Part shown: piece after piece, positions 12,801-23,591 of the stretch
How positions within the stretch are numbered: the stretch's first letter is position 1
How the letters are laid out: each line of letters starts with the position of its first letter
Origin: Rhizaria sp. SCN 62-66
Lineage: Eukaryota
NCBI GenBank assembly: GCA_001724265.1
Contig: MEDY01000407.1
Location: 1-44,725 of the forward strand
Reading direction: 5' to 3'
Length of the DNA stretch: 44,725 nt
Program-made: the position numbers and the translations under genes
The notes under the pieces: generated by a model
The model's input: only the letters and a program-made list of their open reading frames with translations
Databases searched by the model: none
What the model was told of the DNA's origin: nothing

Positions 12801-15335
12801 AGCGCGCGAGCGTGGACAAGTGCGTGTAGACAAAGTACGCCTCCGCCAACGCGTCCAGCGACGACTGCGCCTGCGCCTGCCGCTGCGCCTGCGCCTGCGC
12901 CATCAACTGCGACTGCCGAGACTGCGCCTGCGACTGGGACGGAGACCGAGGCGTCGGCTTCGGGCTCGCAACCGCTGCTGCAGACGCAGAGACGCTACTC
13001 GTGTGGTCATTGAGGTCAGTGTAGTCGTCGCGGCCGATGCCGCCCTCGGCCAGCAGGCTCGCGACCGTGTCGACGGCGCGCGCGCGCCCCGCATCGGCCG
13101 CCAGCGCCGCCACCGCGGGCGGCAGCCGCGCGGCAGCGGCCGCAGCTGCGGCGTCACCGCTGCTCTGCGCGCTGCCCTTGCCGCCGGCCGAGGTGACGGC
13201 CGCGTTATGGCGTGACTACGCGGCCGCGAGCGCGGCGGTCACGGCCTGGTCCAGGAACCCACGGCCCGCGGTCCAGCCGCCCGCGGCAGCCGCGCCAGCC
13301 TTGGAGCTACTGCCATCGCCGCTGTTGTCGGCGCTGTGCGACTCGGCCAGGAACGTGAGCGTGGCTGCGTAGGCCGAGGGCGACGTCTGCAGCGCCAGCG
13401 CCAGCGCAGACGCCAGCGCGCCGCCGTCATCATCACCACCACCACCACCAACGGCATTGGTAGTCATCGTAGTGCTGGCGTTGCTTTGCGCGGCTTGACT
13501 TCCCGCCGGCGCCGGTGCGGCCTGGCTTTGGCTCCCCAGCGCGTCCTGTGACTCGGCGTGAGCGCGCCGCCCCTTCTCCGCCGCCGCGGCCACTAGCGCC
13601 GCCACGGCCAGCGCCTGCGCCTGCGCTTGCTCGGGAGTGTCATCGTCATCGTCGTCATCGTTGTCGCCGTCGCCGTCGTTCCTATTCTCATCCGCTGCCT
13701 TCGTCTCAGCGCTAGCTGCGGCCTCCGCGGCGGCCTCGGCGGCAGCGGCAGCGGCCTCAGCCTCGGCCGCCGCGAGCGCCGTCGCCGCGGCCCCCACGGC
13801 GCGCACGTCGGCCAGGGCCCTGCGCGCGAGGCTAGCGTTGAATAGCGCGTTCGCGCCCGTGCCCGAGACGGCGAGGTTGGCCGTGCTGCGGACGTGGGCG
13901 CCCGAGAGCGAGGCTGCGGAGCTGGTGGGCAGCAGCAGCAGGCGGCTTGACTTCTGGCCCAGCAGCCGGCTCGACTGCTGCGCGAGCAGAGTGGCCGCCA
14001 GAGCCGCCGTCGACGGCGGCTGCGGCTGCAACTGCGCCTGGGAGCCAGCCAGTCGGAGACGCGACTGCTGGTGCGGCTGTTGCTGTTGCTGAGGCCGCTG
14101 GGCCAACTGCGCGCGGCTCGAGCCATCGCCCTTGTGCCCGTGCCCGTGCCCGTGACCGTGGCCGTGGCCGTGGCCGTGGCCGTGACCGTGACCGTGCCCG
14201 CGCCCGTCGTCCTCGTCCGCGTCTTCGGGCAGTGTCAGCATCGCGACCAGCGAGGGCGACGGCTCCAGCACCTGGCCCTGACTCTGGCCCTGGCTCCCGC
14301 GCTGCGTATCGCCGCTGCGGCCCTGCGCGCCCGTGTCGTCGCCGCCGCGGCCGAGCTGCAGCGGCACGTCCGCGACGGAGCCCAGCAGCGGCGGGTGCCG
14401 CGCCGCGTCCGCGCGCAGCCGCCGTAGCAGCTCGCGGTCCGTCACTGTGGCTCGGTCGCCGCCGCCGTCCGCGCCCGAGCTAGAGTTGCCACCAGCGGCA
14501 CCGCCAGCGGCGGCAGCGGCGGCGCTTGCGGCGGCGCTCCAGTTCGAAAACGCGCCAGCCCTGGGCCCCTTGGTAGCGCTCGCACCGCCGCCGCCGCCGC
14601 TACTGTTGTTGCCGTCACCGCTAGTGTTAGCGCCAGAGCCAGCGCCAGCGCCAGCGCGAGTGCGGCTGTGGGCTACCGTCGGCGGCTGCGGCGCGTAGTG
14701 GTGGTGCAGCAGCAGGTCCTTGAGCCGCTGCCGGTGGTAGTGGGCCGGGAGGCCGCGCCAAACGGCCGCGGTCGGGCCGCCGACACTCGCGCCGGCAGCG
14801 CCAGCGTCGGCGGTCGCAACAACCCCAGCAACAGCTGCAGCAGCAGCGGCTGCGGCGCTGTTGTCAGGGTCCACTGCCGCCAGCGACGCAGCGCTCGTGC
14901 TGGCGCTGGCGACGGCGACGGTGGCAGAGCTCTGACTGCTGTTGTTGTTGTTGCTGTTGTTGTTTAGACCCAGTCTGCGCTGGTCCTCGCGCTCTTGCTC
15001 GTGCTGCAGGTGCGTCGACAGCAGCAGCCGCTTGAGCAGGTAGGACGCGGGCAGCGCAGAGGCCACCGCGGCCGAGACGTGCGAGGGCACTGCGCGCGCC
15101 GTGCTCTGCATAGACTGCTGCTGCGTAGGCTGCTGATGTAGCAGCTGCTGGCTCTGTGCGTGGGCCAGCAGCTGCGAGCGCGAGCGCGAGTGCGAGGGCG
15201 ACAGCGGCTGCAGCTGCGCAGGGCCAGGGCTCTGGCTCTGACCGTGAGCATTCGCAGCGGCGGCGGCGGCGACGGCGGCGCCGCGGCGCGGTGTGGCTAG
15301 CGAAGAGGTGGCCGCTGAGGGAAACAGACTCGTGT

Positions 15336-15389
<54 letters not shown>

Positions 15390-16350
15390 CGAAGCCGCCG
15401 ACGCCGACACGACTGGGCGAGTGATGGAGCAGTTGCGACTGCGAGCTCGCATTGCTGGTGTTGGCGTTGTTGTTAAAGTTGAACCGAGATTGCGAGTACG
15501 AGTGCGACGGGGACGGAGGCAGGGTGAAGTCGAGATTGCTGGTCGACGCGCCGCCGCGGCCTAACTTCGCGTCGCTGCGGCTCGCCCTCAGATCGGCGCG
15601 GCTAGACTTCTTCGAGCCCATGCCCTTGCCACCCCCGCCCAAAGCGGACAGGTGCGGCGGCAACCGCAAGCGTGGCGACTCGGCAGCAGCAGCAGCAGCA
15701 AAGTTGTCACTGTTCTCATTGGCACTGCTCGCGTTCGCGGGAGGGTACGAATTCGTGTTGATCCCGATACCGTAGAAATGGCTGTCGTCCTCACTGTCGT
15801 CGGCACCAACTGCACGCGCACTCGCACGTGCAGCACTCGCGCTCGCAGTCGCACCTGCGGCCGCGGCGGCCGTGGTGGCAGTGGCGGGGCCGCCTCGCGC
15901 TGGCAGCAGCACCGCGGTGGGCACGAAGGGCGGCCGCGCGGCCTCGGCGGCAGGCATCGTGCGCAGCTCCGGGTAGAGCTGCTCGTACCGCAGTCGGCTC
16001 ACGCGCACAGGTACGCTGCGCTCCGCGGAGTCAGCAGCCGCGCTGGCGCCGGCACCGGCGCTGGTGGACGCTGAGACAGACGCTGCTGTGGAGGCAGCTG
16101 GGGCGGGGGCGTTGGGGGCGTTTGTTGCGCCAGAGGGCCTGTGAACGAGGTGTTGCGCAATGTGGCGCTGCAGGTCAAGGCGCCAGACCACGGCGGCCTC
16201 CTCAGAGCCCGGGGCGGCGTTGGCGCTGCTGCTGGCGCTTGCGGCGGAGCTGACGGGCACGCCGCCGCCGGCCGAGGGGACAGCGGGGGCGGGCGCGGGG
16301 CCGGAGGCGCCAGGGCCGCGGAGGAGCGGGGCCGGCGGCCGGGGCTGCAT
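3897..16350 (-). CDS. Giant Ala/Gly/Ser/Gln-rich low-complexity protein of unknown function, ~4,090 aa if continuous; interrupted by an in-frame TAG (13216-13218) and a frameshift (~9785-9797); one intron 7311-7487
   Basis: ATG at 16350 (MQPRPPAP). ORFs 13216-16362 and 9472-13113 share one frame, separated only by TAG. ORF 3897-9797 continues in another frame. GC3-rich codons run throughout, with no AT-rich intergenic gap. Ends GLPNLDDLFGAKKH-TGA. Confidence 0.7.
7311..7487 (-). other. Spliceosomal intron, 177 nt, phase 0, no in-frame stop
   Basis: AT-rich island in GC-rich CDS; minus strand CAG|GTACGA ... CCCTGCAG|GCCCGT. Confidence 0.85.
14134..14199 (-). repeat. Hexanucleotide repeat (GGNCAC)n encoding (Gly-His)n; a second copy lies at ~4321-4368
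   Basis: Translations GRGHGHGHGHGHGHGHGHGHGHK and HGHNHGHGHGHGHGHGQ. Confidence 0.85.
15340..15387 (+). repeat. Perfect (GCC)16 microsatellite encoding poly-Gly on the minus strand
   Basis: gccgccgcc... run read directly from the sequence. Confidence 0.9.
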
Positions 16351-16925
16351 GGGAAAAAACACGCGTGCGTGAGGGGCGCGTGCACTAAGAACTGAAGCTG
16401 TTAACTGAAAGGGGCGCGGCAGAGAGGCGCGGGCGTGGAGGCAGCAGCAGGGGGCGACCGTTTTTTGTAATGAGGAAGAAAAGTTGCGATAGGTCAGAAC
16501 TGTGAGCAGAGAATCAGATTTAGTAAATCATTCAGTGCAATTACTCAATATTTATATCGATTAGCCCATAGTAAAGTGCATTTATGCGAATAGAGGCTCG
16601 ACACGTGTTGGTTTTAGGGTGATTTGTGATGAGTGGTGTATCGAGGCAGCAGGCGCCTGCGATTTGCCAGCGAGATCTTATAAGCCACTGTCGATGATAT
16701 CTTCCGACAGTGGGTCTGTGGAAAGTTTTTCTAGAGTTAATATATATTTTCATACTTAATCACAATTTTTCACGCTCTTAAAAGTAACATACCGCGCGCT
16801 ACACCCTTTCTAAGCGTTTCCCTCTCCTCGCCCTCTCTCTCTGTCATTTTCCAGCAGCTCTCTCTTCCGCCCCTTCTCCTGCTCGCTCCCTTGCCCTTTA
16901 ATCTTACGCACACTTCTCCACGCTT

Positions 16926-17888
16926 ATGTCAGTCCCCGGCGGCGGCCGGCGCGCGCCCGCGCAGGTGGCGGAGGCGACGTTCGAGGTGTTCCACGTGGAG
17001 ATGGTGCGGCTGATCCAGCTGCAGCACCCGCCCGCGGCGCTCGTCGCCGCGGGCATGGACGAGCCCGCCGCGCGCGCGCTGCAGCAGGCACGCGTTAACG
17101 AGAAGCTGGAGGCCATTGGCACCGCCGCGGGTGCAAGGCTTGTCGAGAAAATCACCAAGGACCTCGTACGTAATCACACATTTGAGTCAAAACAAAATAC
17201 CAGTGTTTTTTCTCAGTCGTCACGAGTTTGCTGTCAGAATGATATGTGGTCGCCTAAGCAATCTCAGCAACTCAAATGTGCTAAATACCCGTATATATGT
17301 ATGATTTAATGTCGATTTATTCTCTCTCTCTCAACAATGTATCCTCGCTATTCTCTTTCAAATATCGCTTGCGTCTCGCCTTGTGATATCCTGTCTGCTG
17401 CGGTCTCGCTCTTGATCTCGACCTCGCTCTCGATCTCGATTTCGCGCTCATCTCAATCCCTACAGAGCTTCCTGCCGACGGACCCGCTGTCATGCGTCAA
17501 GTTTGTGTGCAAAGAGCTGTGGCACGCGCTGTTCGGCAAGCAGGTCGACAAGCTGCAGACCAACTACCGCGGCATGTACGTGCTGCACGAGGCCTGCTTC
17601 CCCTGGCTGCAGCGCCTGCCCACGGCCGACAAGGCGCTCTACGAGGCCTACGCGCGCCCGCACGCGGCGCTCGTCGTCGGGCTCGTGCGCGGCGCGCTGG
17701 CCGCGCTGGGGCTGGCGGCCGACGCGCGCCTCGAGCTCGACCTCTCGCAGCCGCGGCCGGTGTGCCTCTTCGTCGTCAACGACGTCGTCGCCGCCGCGAA
17801 CAACAACACCACCGCGGGCGCCGGCGCCAGCGCCGGCGCGGGCGCGGGCAATCAGGGCGCCGGCAGGACTGGCGCGGGTGGCCGCTGA
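16926..17888 (+). CDS. TRAPPC6: TRAPP complex subunit TRAPPC6/Trs33 (Bet3 family), ~220 aa; exons 16926-17165, 17466-17888
   Basis: F.VFHVEMV...KLEAIG..AGARLVEKITKD|..D.L..VKFVCKELW..LFGKQVDKLQTNYRGMYVLH...F.W...GLVRGAL.ALG. Intron GTACGT...TACAG is 300 nt. Ends in TGA. Confidence 0.92.
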
Positions 17889-19099
17889 GACGAGGCAGTG
17901 ACACGTGTACAGCCTGGGTACAGCAAAGCAATCTTTGACAGAACGATAAGCAGCGCTATATTGTAAAACTGCTGCAGCCGCAATCATTGCACAAAACTTT
18001 TGTGATCATATCATCAATCAGGCCAGAATACGCTTAATATGTGTACACTCGGGCCGTTACGCCATCGATGTTATAGTCACGTTGGTTGCATCAGTACGCA
18101 ATACACGGGAGACTTTTAAAATGGATAACCTCACGAAAACGGACACAAACGGATGTGAATCCATATGATTATTTGGTTTTATTGTAAGCTTAAGCTTATT
18201 GCCCATTGTATGTTAACGATTGCCTCAAAGAGCTGCATGTGAGGAACCATATGCGTGATACCGAACTCCTGATAAGAGTGACAAGACTCTTGTTTTGCTT
18301 TAGTTGTTTGATTAAAACCTGCCCATCCTTGCCCGTCAGTGTAAGGGGCAGTCCAAGCGCGCGCGCGGCCCCGGACAAGTCCAGTATCCGCACGCCTGGT
18401 GCAAAAATATTCTTGATGGACGTTCCCGCCGAAACGGGAATGTTCGCGATCAAGCGAAACAAGAACAGTTACTACAAAATGATCAAAGCCAAATGGCGAG
18501 AAAAGTAACCAGCTCAAACGCCCACGGTCCCGCTACCCAAAAATTTACTCTCGGAAGCACTCACATGGGAAACCCTTCATCGAAACTATACGCGTTATCA
18601 CTCTTTGATTTCTGTTGCTAAAATAATAAAAACTGTTGATTAAGTATTAAAAATGTGTTTTTGTCATTATATTACTGTATGAGTTCCACGAACTATTGTT
18701 TAAGACATGTATCAACTAGAAAAGCTACAAAAACAGCTGTTAGCGCCAAGAGCTAACTTTGGTGTGGTTGTCAGAGACAGGCACTATGAAGATGGCTCGA
18801 AAAGCATGCTCTCATGGTCGCATTGAGTCGTCAAAGCGCGCATGTGTAGTGTCCCTCGATAAAGACCTGTTTGTACTATCCGTTATTATTTTGCTGTATC
18901 ACTCACTCGAATCCTTGCCTACTTTTTACCTCATGGAAAACTCGTCTTCCGGTGCCTTCCCCTCAGCACCCACTCCCCTGGCTATCTGCCCCAACCACAT
19001 CTGCCCCTTTGCGTCCCTGTCTCTCTCTGCGCCGCCCTTGCGCCGCTTTTCCCCGCTCTCCTGCCTCCGCGCTTGAGCCACTGTCACCCGTCTGCACCC

Positions 19100-20331
19100 A
19101 TGACTGACCCCGCCAGCGCCGCCGCGACAACTGCCGCCGCCGCCGCCGCAGCGCCAACCACCCCCGCCACGCCCACGGACGCCGCCGCCGCCCCCGCGCC
19201 GTCTGCGGCGGAGAGCGAGCAGGCGACGGTGGAGGACTGCGTCGAGCGGCAGCTGCTGCTGGTGCGCGGGCGCTTCGCCGTCGTCACGCGCCTCGAGTTC
19301 CCGCTCGTGTACTGGCGCTTTCTCACTCGCGCCGCTGCCGCGCGCGTGCTACTGCCCGCGGGGGACCCCGACGCGCTGACGGCGCAGGCGCTCGCGGACT
19401 GCGCGACCGAGGCCGAGCTGCGGCGGCTGCTGGAGCCCGCGGAGCTGCACCGCGCCTTCGCGCACGCCGCGCTCGTGCTGCGCATCCGGCCCCAGGACAA
19501 GCTCGACCAGCAGCAGCTGCAGCAGCAGGCGCAGACGCAGCGCGGGCAGCTGCAGCGGCAGCCGCACAGCGGCTCGCGGGCCGGCGCCGGCGCCGCGGGC
19601 GGCAAGCGGGCCGGCAAGAAGGGCAAGAAGAAGGGCGGCGCGGGGCGTAAGCATGGTGGCTACGGCTACGGCGACGACGACGATGACGACGACGACGACG
19701 ACTTCGGCTTTGCGTTTCCCACGACCTCGTACTACGGCGACAGCGACGACGACGACGACGACGACGAGTTCGGGATCCACAGCCACGGCCGCGGCCATGA
19801 TGACGACGATGACCATGAGGGCAGCGGCAAGACCGGGAGCATCTGGGACTCCGTGGCCGCCGCCTCGGCCGCCTCGGCCGCCGGCGCCGGCGCTGCCAAC
19901 GCCAAGGACAGCCACAGCAGCGACGACGAGGACGCTGGCGACGCGTTCGGCTTCGTTGCAGCCGCCTCCGCCGCCAAGGCCGCCGCCGCCGCCGCCGCTG
20001 CTCCCGAGGCCGAGGCCGACGTCGACCCCTTTGCCGCCGTGGCCGCTGCCGAGAGAGTCGCTCCCACTAGCATGGGCGCGAGCTCGCTGGCTGACCCCGA
20101 GGTCGACCCCTTCTCCGCCGTTGCTGCCGAAACCGCGGTCGAGGTCGCCTCCCCGGCCTCAGCCGCAGCCGCCGCAGCCGCCGCAGCCGCCGCGTCTGCG
20201 GCCGCGGCCGCGTCTGCCGCGGCGGCGGCGGTGAGCGAGGCGTCGCGCGCGTCCTACAACGCCGCCATCGACGACGCCGACTGGACCGTGCCCGAGGGCG
20301 GCTGGGACGCTGACACCACCGACAGCAGCAG

Positions 20332-20368
<37 letters not shown>

Positions 20369-20755
20369 TATTGCAGCAACGGCGCCGGGGCGGCGCCGGG
20401 CGGCGGCGCGGTGGGCGCGGGCCCCGGCGCGGGCCTGCAGAAGCAGCTCAGCTCGACGCCGCTGCGCGCGCTGGCGGCAGCGCGGCCCTCGCTCTCCGGC
20501 TCCGGCTCCAACTCGCTCCTCTCCGGCAGCGCCGCGGCCGGCGCCAGCGCCAGCTACAACGCCGGGACCGGGGCCGCCGCGGCCGGCGGACTGGGGGCCG
20601 CGTTCGACGCGGCGGCCGCGGCGACGGAGGACGACGACGCGGACTTTGCGGCCGTGTTCGATGACGAGGACGAGGCCGGCAACTGCACCATTGCTAGCGC
20701 CAGTGCCGCCGATGCTAAGGGCAAGAAGGACGAGTTTGACGTGTGCTTCGACTGA
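19100..20755 (+). CDS. Hypothetical protein, ~551 aa: short folded-looking N-terminal domain, Lys-rich patch, long acidic disordered tail
   Basis: ATG at 19100 (MTDPASAA) after a pyrimidine-rich leader; GC3-rich ORF ending in TGA; flanked by AT-rich DNA. Confidence 0.8.
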
Positions 20756-21073
20756 CCGGAGCCAGATTGAACTGGTGTGGACAAACAACAGGCGTTGCAT
20801 CGTCCCACTGCTGTCGTTCATGAGGGTATCTTGTGACTACTGCTGCCAGGCCAGGCCAAGTCTGTGGATAGTCACGAGTTGAACTATAGAGATTTTAGAG
20901 ATTTTAGGTGTATGTGTAGATTTAGAGATACGTAGGACACATTAGTGTAAAATAAATTGTTTATTGGCTTTATTTTATAGAATACTATTAATCATTTGTT
21001 GTTATTGTTGTTTAAATATCATGAGTCATCGGCTATATTGATCGACATGTGCCTGTTAGCGTCGCGCACTGAC

Positions 21074-22285
21074 TTACGCGGTCATGATCTCCTTCTCCTT
21101 GGCGGCGACGAGCTTGGTGATCGAGTCGTTGGCCGCGTCCGTGCTCTTCTGTGCCTCGTTCTCCATCTATAGCAACACAGCAGGAGCAAGAATAAGTGAC
21201 AATATGAAAGAAACATGTGAGGACAAGGAGAGGTTACTTGAGGCGGACATAAGCAAGGAAAATATTAGAGAGCAACGAGTCGGTTGTGAGTGTAGGTGTA
21301 ACGTACGCGCTTGGCGTCGTCCTTGGGGGGCGCCTGCTTCTTGATCTTGTCCATCCAGAGCTTGCGCACCTGGCGCACGTGGCCCTTGCAGTCCTCGCCC
21401 TTGGCCTTGGCGGCCTTGACCAGCGTCTCGCGCAGCTCCGTCGTCGGTTTCGGAAACGGCACGCGGATCGCCGGCGCGCCGTTGATCACCTCGGCCACGG
21501 GGTTCAGGTCCAGGCCGCACGCGCCGATGGCCTGCGGCAGGGATTTATGGTGCGACACGAATGAAGGAAAAGGGAAGTTGAGTGAGAAGAAAGTTAAAAT
21601 TACAATGAAGCAAGAAAAAAACATTAGTGATAGACAACATGTTGCTTAGAAGTATAGCATGGCAAATTTGTCTCTGTCACTTGACGTCTCTCCGTTGTGC
21701 AACGTGTTACGATTATGGATGTACCTGGCAGGTGGCGGTCTCGAGCGCGGCGGACGGCTCGTACAGGACGACGACGAGCGACTGCGGCGGCTTGGCAAAG
21801 ATCTGAGCAATGCCGTTGAGCGGGGAGCGCTTGCCAGCGCCGACATCGACGAGCACGTTCTCGATCTGCTCGGGGCTGGGCCGGCCGACCTTGACGTGCG
21901 ACAGGTCGGCCGCGAAGTGGGCCAGCGTGTCGTCCATCTTAGACTGGAACTCAGCCGCGTTCACACCGTAGGAGCCCTCAGCGGCCTCCTCGCCGCTCTC
22001 AGCGACGTCGTCGCTGCCCTTCTTGCCGCCCTTGCCCTTCTCAACCTTCTTGGCAAAACCAGCGCAGGGAACGGCAGGGAACGCAGCGACAGGCGTAAGC
22101 GCGGGGATAGTCCACGCGCGGACGGCCGCGGGGGAAGCAAAAAGGGACGTGGACACGACAATACGGGTCAGAGTGGCACGAGAGGAGATAGAGGACATGG
22201 GCGTGGACGCGCAGACGCGGACGGCGACACGGGGCGCCACGCGCGAGGCGAGAGTCTGCAGGGCAGAAGACGTTTGACGGAACAT
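21074..22285 (-). CDS. MRRF: Mitochondrial ribosome recycling factor, ~292 aa; exons 22285-21725, 21531-21307, 21166-21074
   Basis: Arg/Ser-rich, acid-free N-terminus fits a presequence. Motifs KMDDTL.HF..DL..VKVGRPSP...V.V...PLN.IAQI, AI...LDLNP, IRVPFPKPT.E.RE.LVK.AK..GE..K..VR.VR, KDDAKR|MENEAQK.TD...I.KLV.AKEKEI. Introns 21532-21724 and 21167-21306. Ends in TAA. Confidence 0.93.
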
Positions 22286-23591
22286 CTGACGTCATTATTG
22301 CATGCATAAATGGAAGGATCAAACGATGTATGTGAGCACACAATAAGAGGAAAAGGTAGAATATCGCAGAGGAAATGTGTACAAAGTCCATCAATACAAA
22401 TGACGGTGCATATGCTCTAGATTTCTGCGTAGATACGTGTGCATTCTTGTTGTCTTGCATTTCTGACCACGCTTGCGCGGCGGCCACGCTCACAGTCAAT
22501 CAAGACAAAAGTATGTTAAAAGACTGAAATACGAGCTACAGTAAAGCCTCAAATCAATAAAACACTAACAGTAAACGTTTTATGTGTGAATTTAGTTTTC
22601 TAATGTTTCCAAATGGACACCAAACAATCTACTGAGGTCAAACCTCACCAAGAAAGGGGACATATGTTTAAGCAAAGGAATAAGCACAAAACAACAAAAA
22701 TATATATATAACACGTTTAAATAGATATTAAAATATTTTTAATATTACTTATATGAACTTTTAGCGATAGTGAAAGTAAAAACAATTAAAATAATGTTTA
22801 AACAATAAGAAAATAAAAATAAGAAAATCATATTGTAAATTAATATTTTTAACACAACGTTAATATGTTCGAATTATTTGAAGGTGGAATCATTTCAAGC
22901 TTTTAAAAAAAATAATCCATGACAAACTCTTAATATAAAATAAAAGAATTGTGAAAGAGAAGCATACAATGTGTTTATATTTATATACACATTTTTTAAT
23001 TAAAAGTATTGTATTATTTTCTTTTCTAGCAGTAACAAAGGAATTCGTTATATCCTAATTGTATAATTTATACAATATTTATACAATAAAAATATATATT
23101 TGATGACTTACAAAATTGCAATATAGCACACTTTTAAAGACGCTTGTGTCTTCTTTAGAGCATGAGTGCGGTTTCACAGCGCGCCATTGTGGGGATGCTT
23201 TTCTCTTCCGCGAATTGGTGGTGCGATTTTAACGCATGTGTTTTTTATCGTGTATGATTCGTCGCAGTCTAAACAGCGCACAAACGAATGGACCAAAAGT
23301 GTTAAGCTCTCTCATTCGCCGCATGCCATTTTTTCGGCCCAGCGCTCTTCCCACAATCTACCTCAAGCGAAGGAGCCTGCCAAGCGAAGGTTTGCAGATC
23401 AGGAAACACACCTATGTTTGATTTTCTAAAAACAATAATCACCTATGGTAATATATAGATTTGTAAATTTGCTCGTGAAGGAATTATATCCACTGACGGC
23501 TGTTATCGCCCCAAATCCTAACATTTCGTCGCCCCTCTAACCCTTGGTTTCCCCACTTTAGAGTGTTTGGGCGGACACCTAGCCGCCTAAG

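Noticed and set aside
13113-13215. Treating 13216-16362 and 9472-13113 as two separate genes
   Set aside because: Same frame, no AT-rich spacer or pyrimidine leader unlike every real gene boundary here, and the downstream ORF would start at GTG.
4000-16400. Numerous long antisense and alternate-frame ORFs (e.g. 4738-6345 +, 7683-9308 +), with similar ones over all other genes
   Set aside because: Expected shadows of very GC-rich, GC3-biased coding sequence; translations are Ala/Arg/Pro-rich with no domain signal.
702-17888. Functional cluster of membrane-trafficking genes (REEP, AP3S, TRAPPC6)
   Set aside because: Different pathways, a large gene class and mixed orientation; chance proximity suffices without synteny data.
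21074-22285. Bacterial-like frr as horizontal transfer or contamination
   Set aside because: Has two host-type introns and a mitochondrial-type presequence, so it is an ordinary nucleus-encoded organellar gene.
22287-22294. Perfect CRE palindrome TGACGTCA
   Set aside because: Lies 2 nt from the MRRF start codon, probably inside the 5'UTR; one 8-mer is expected by chance.
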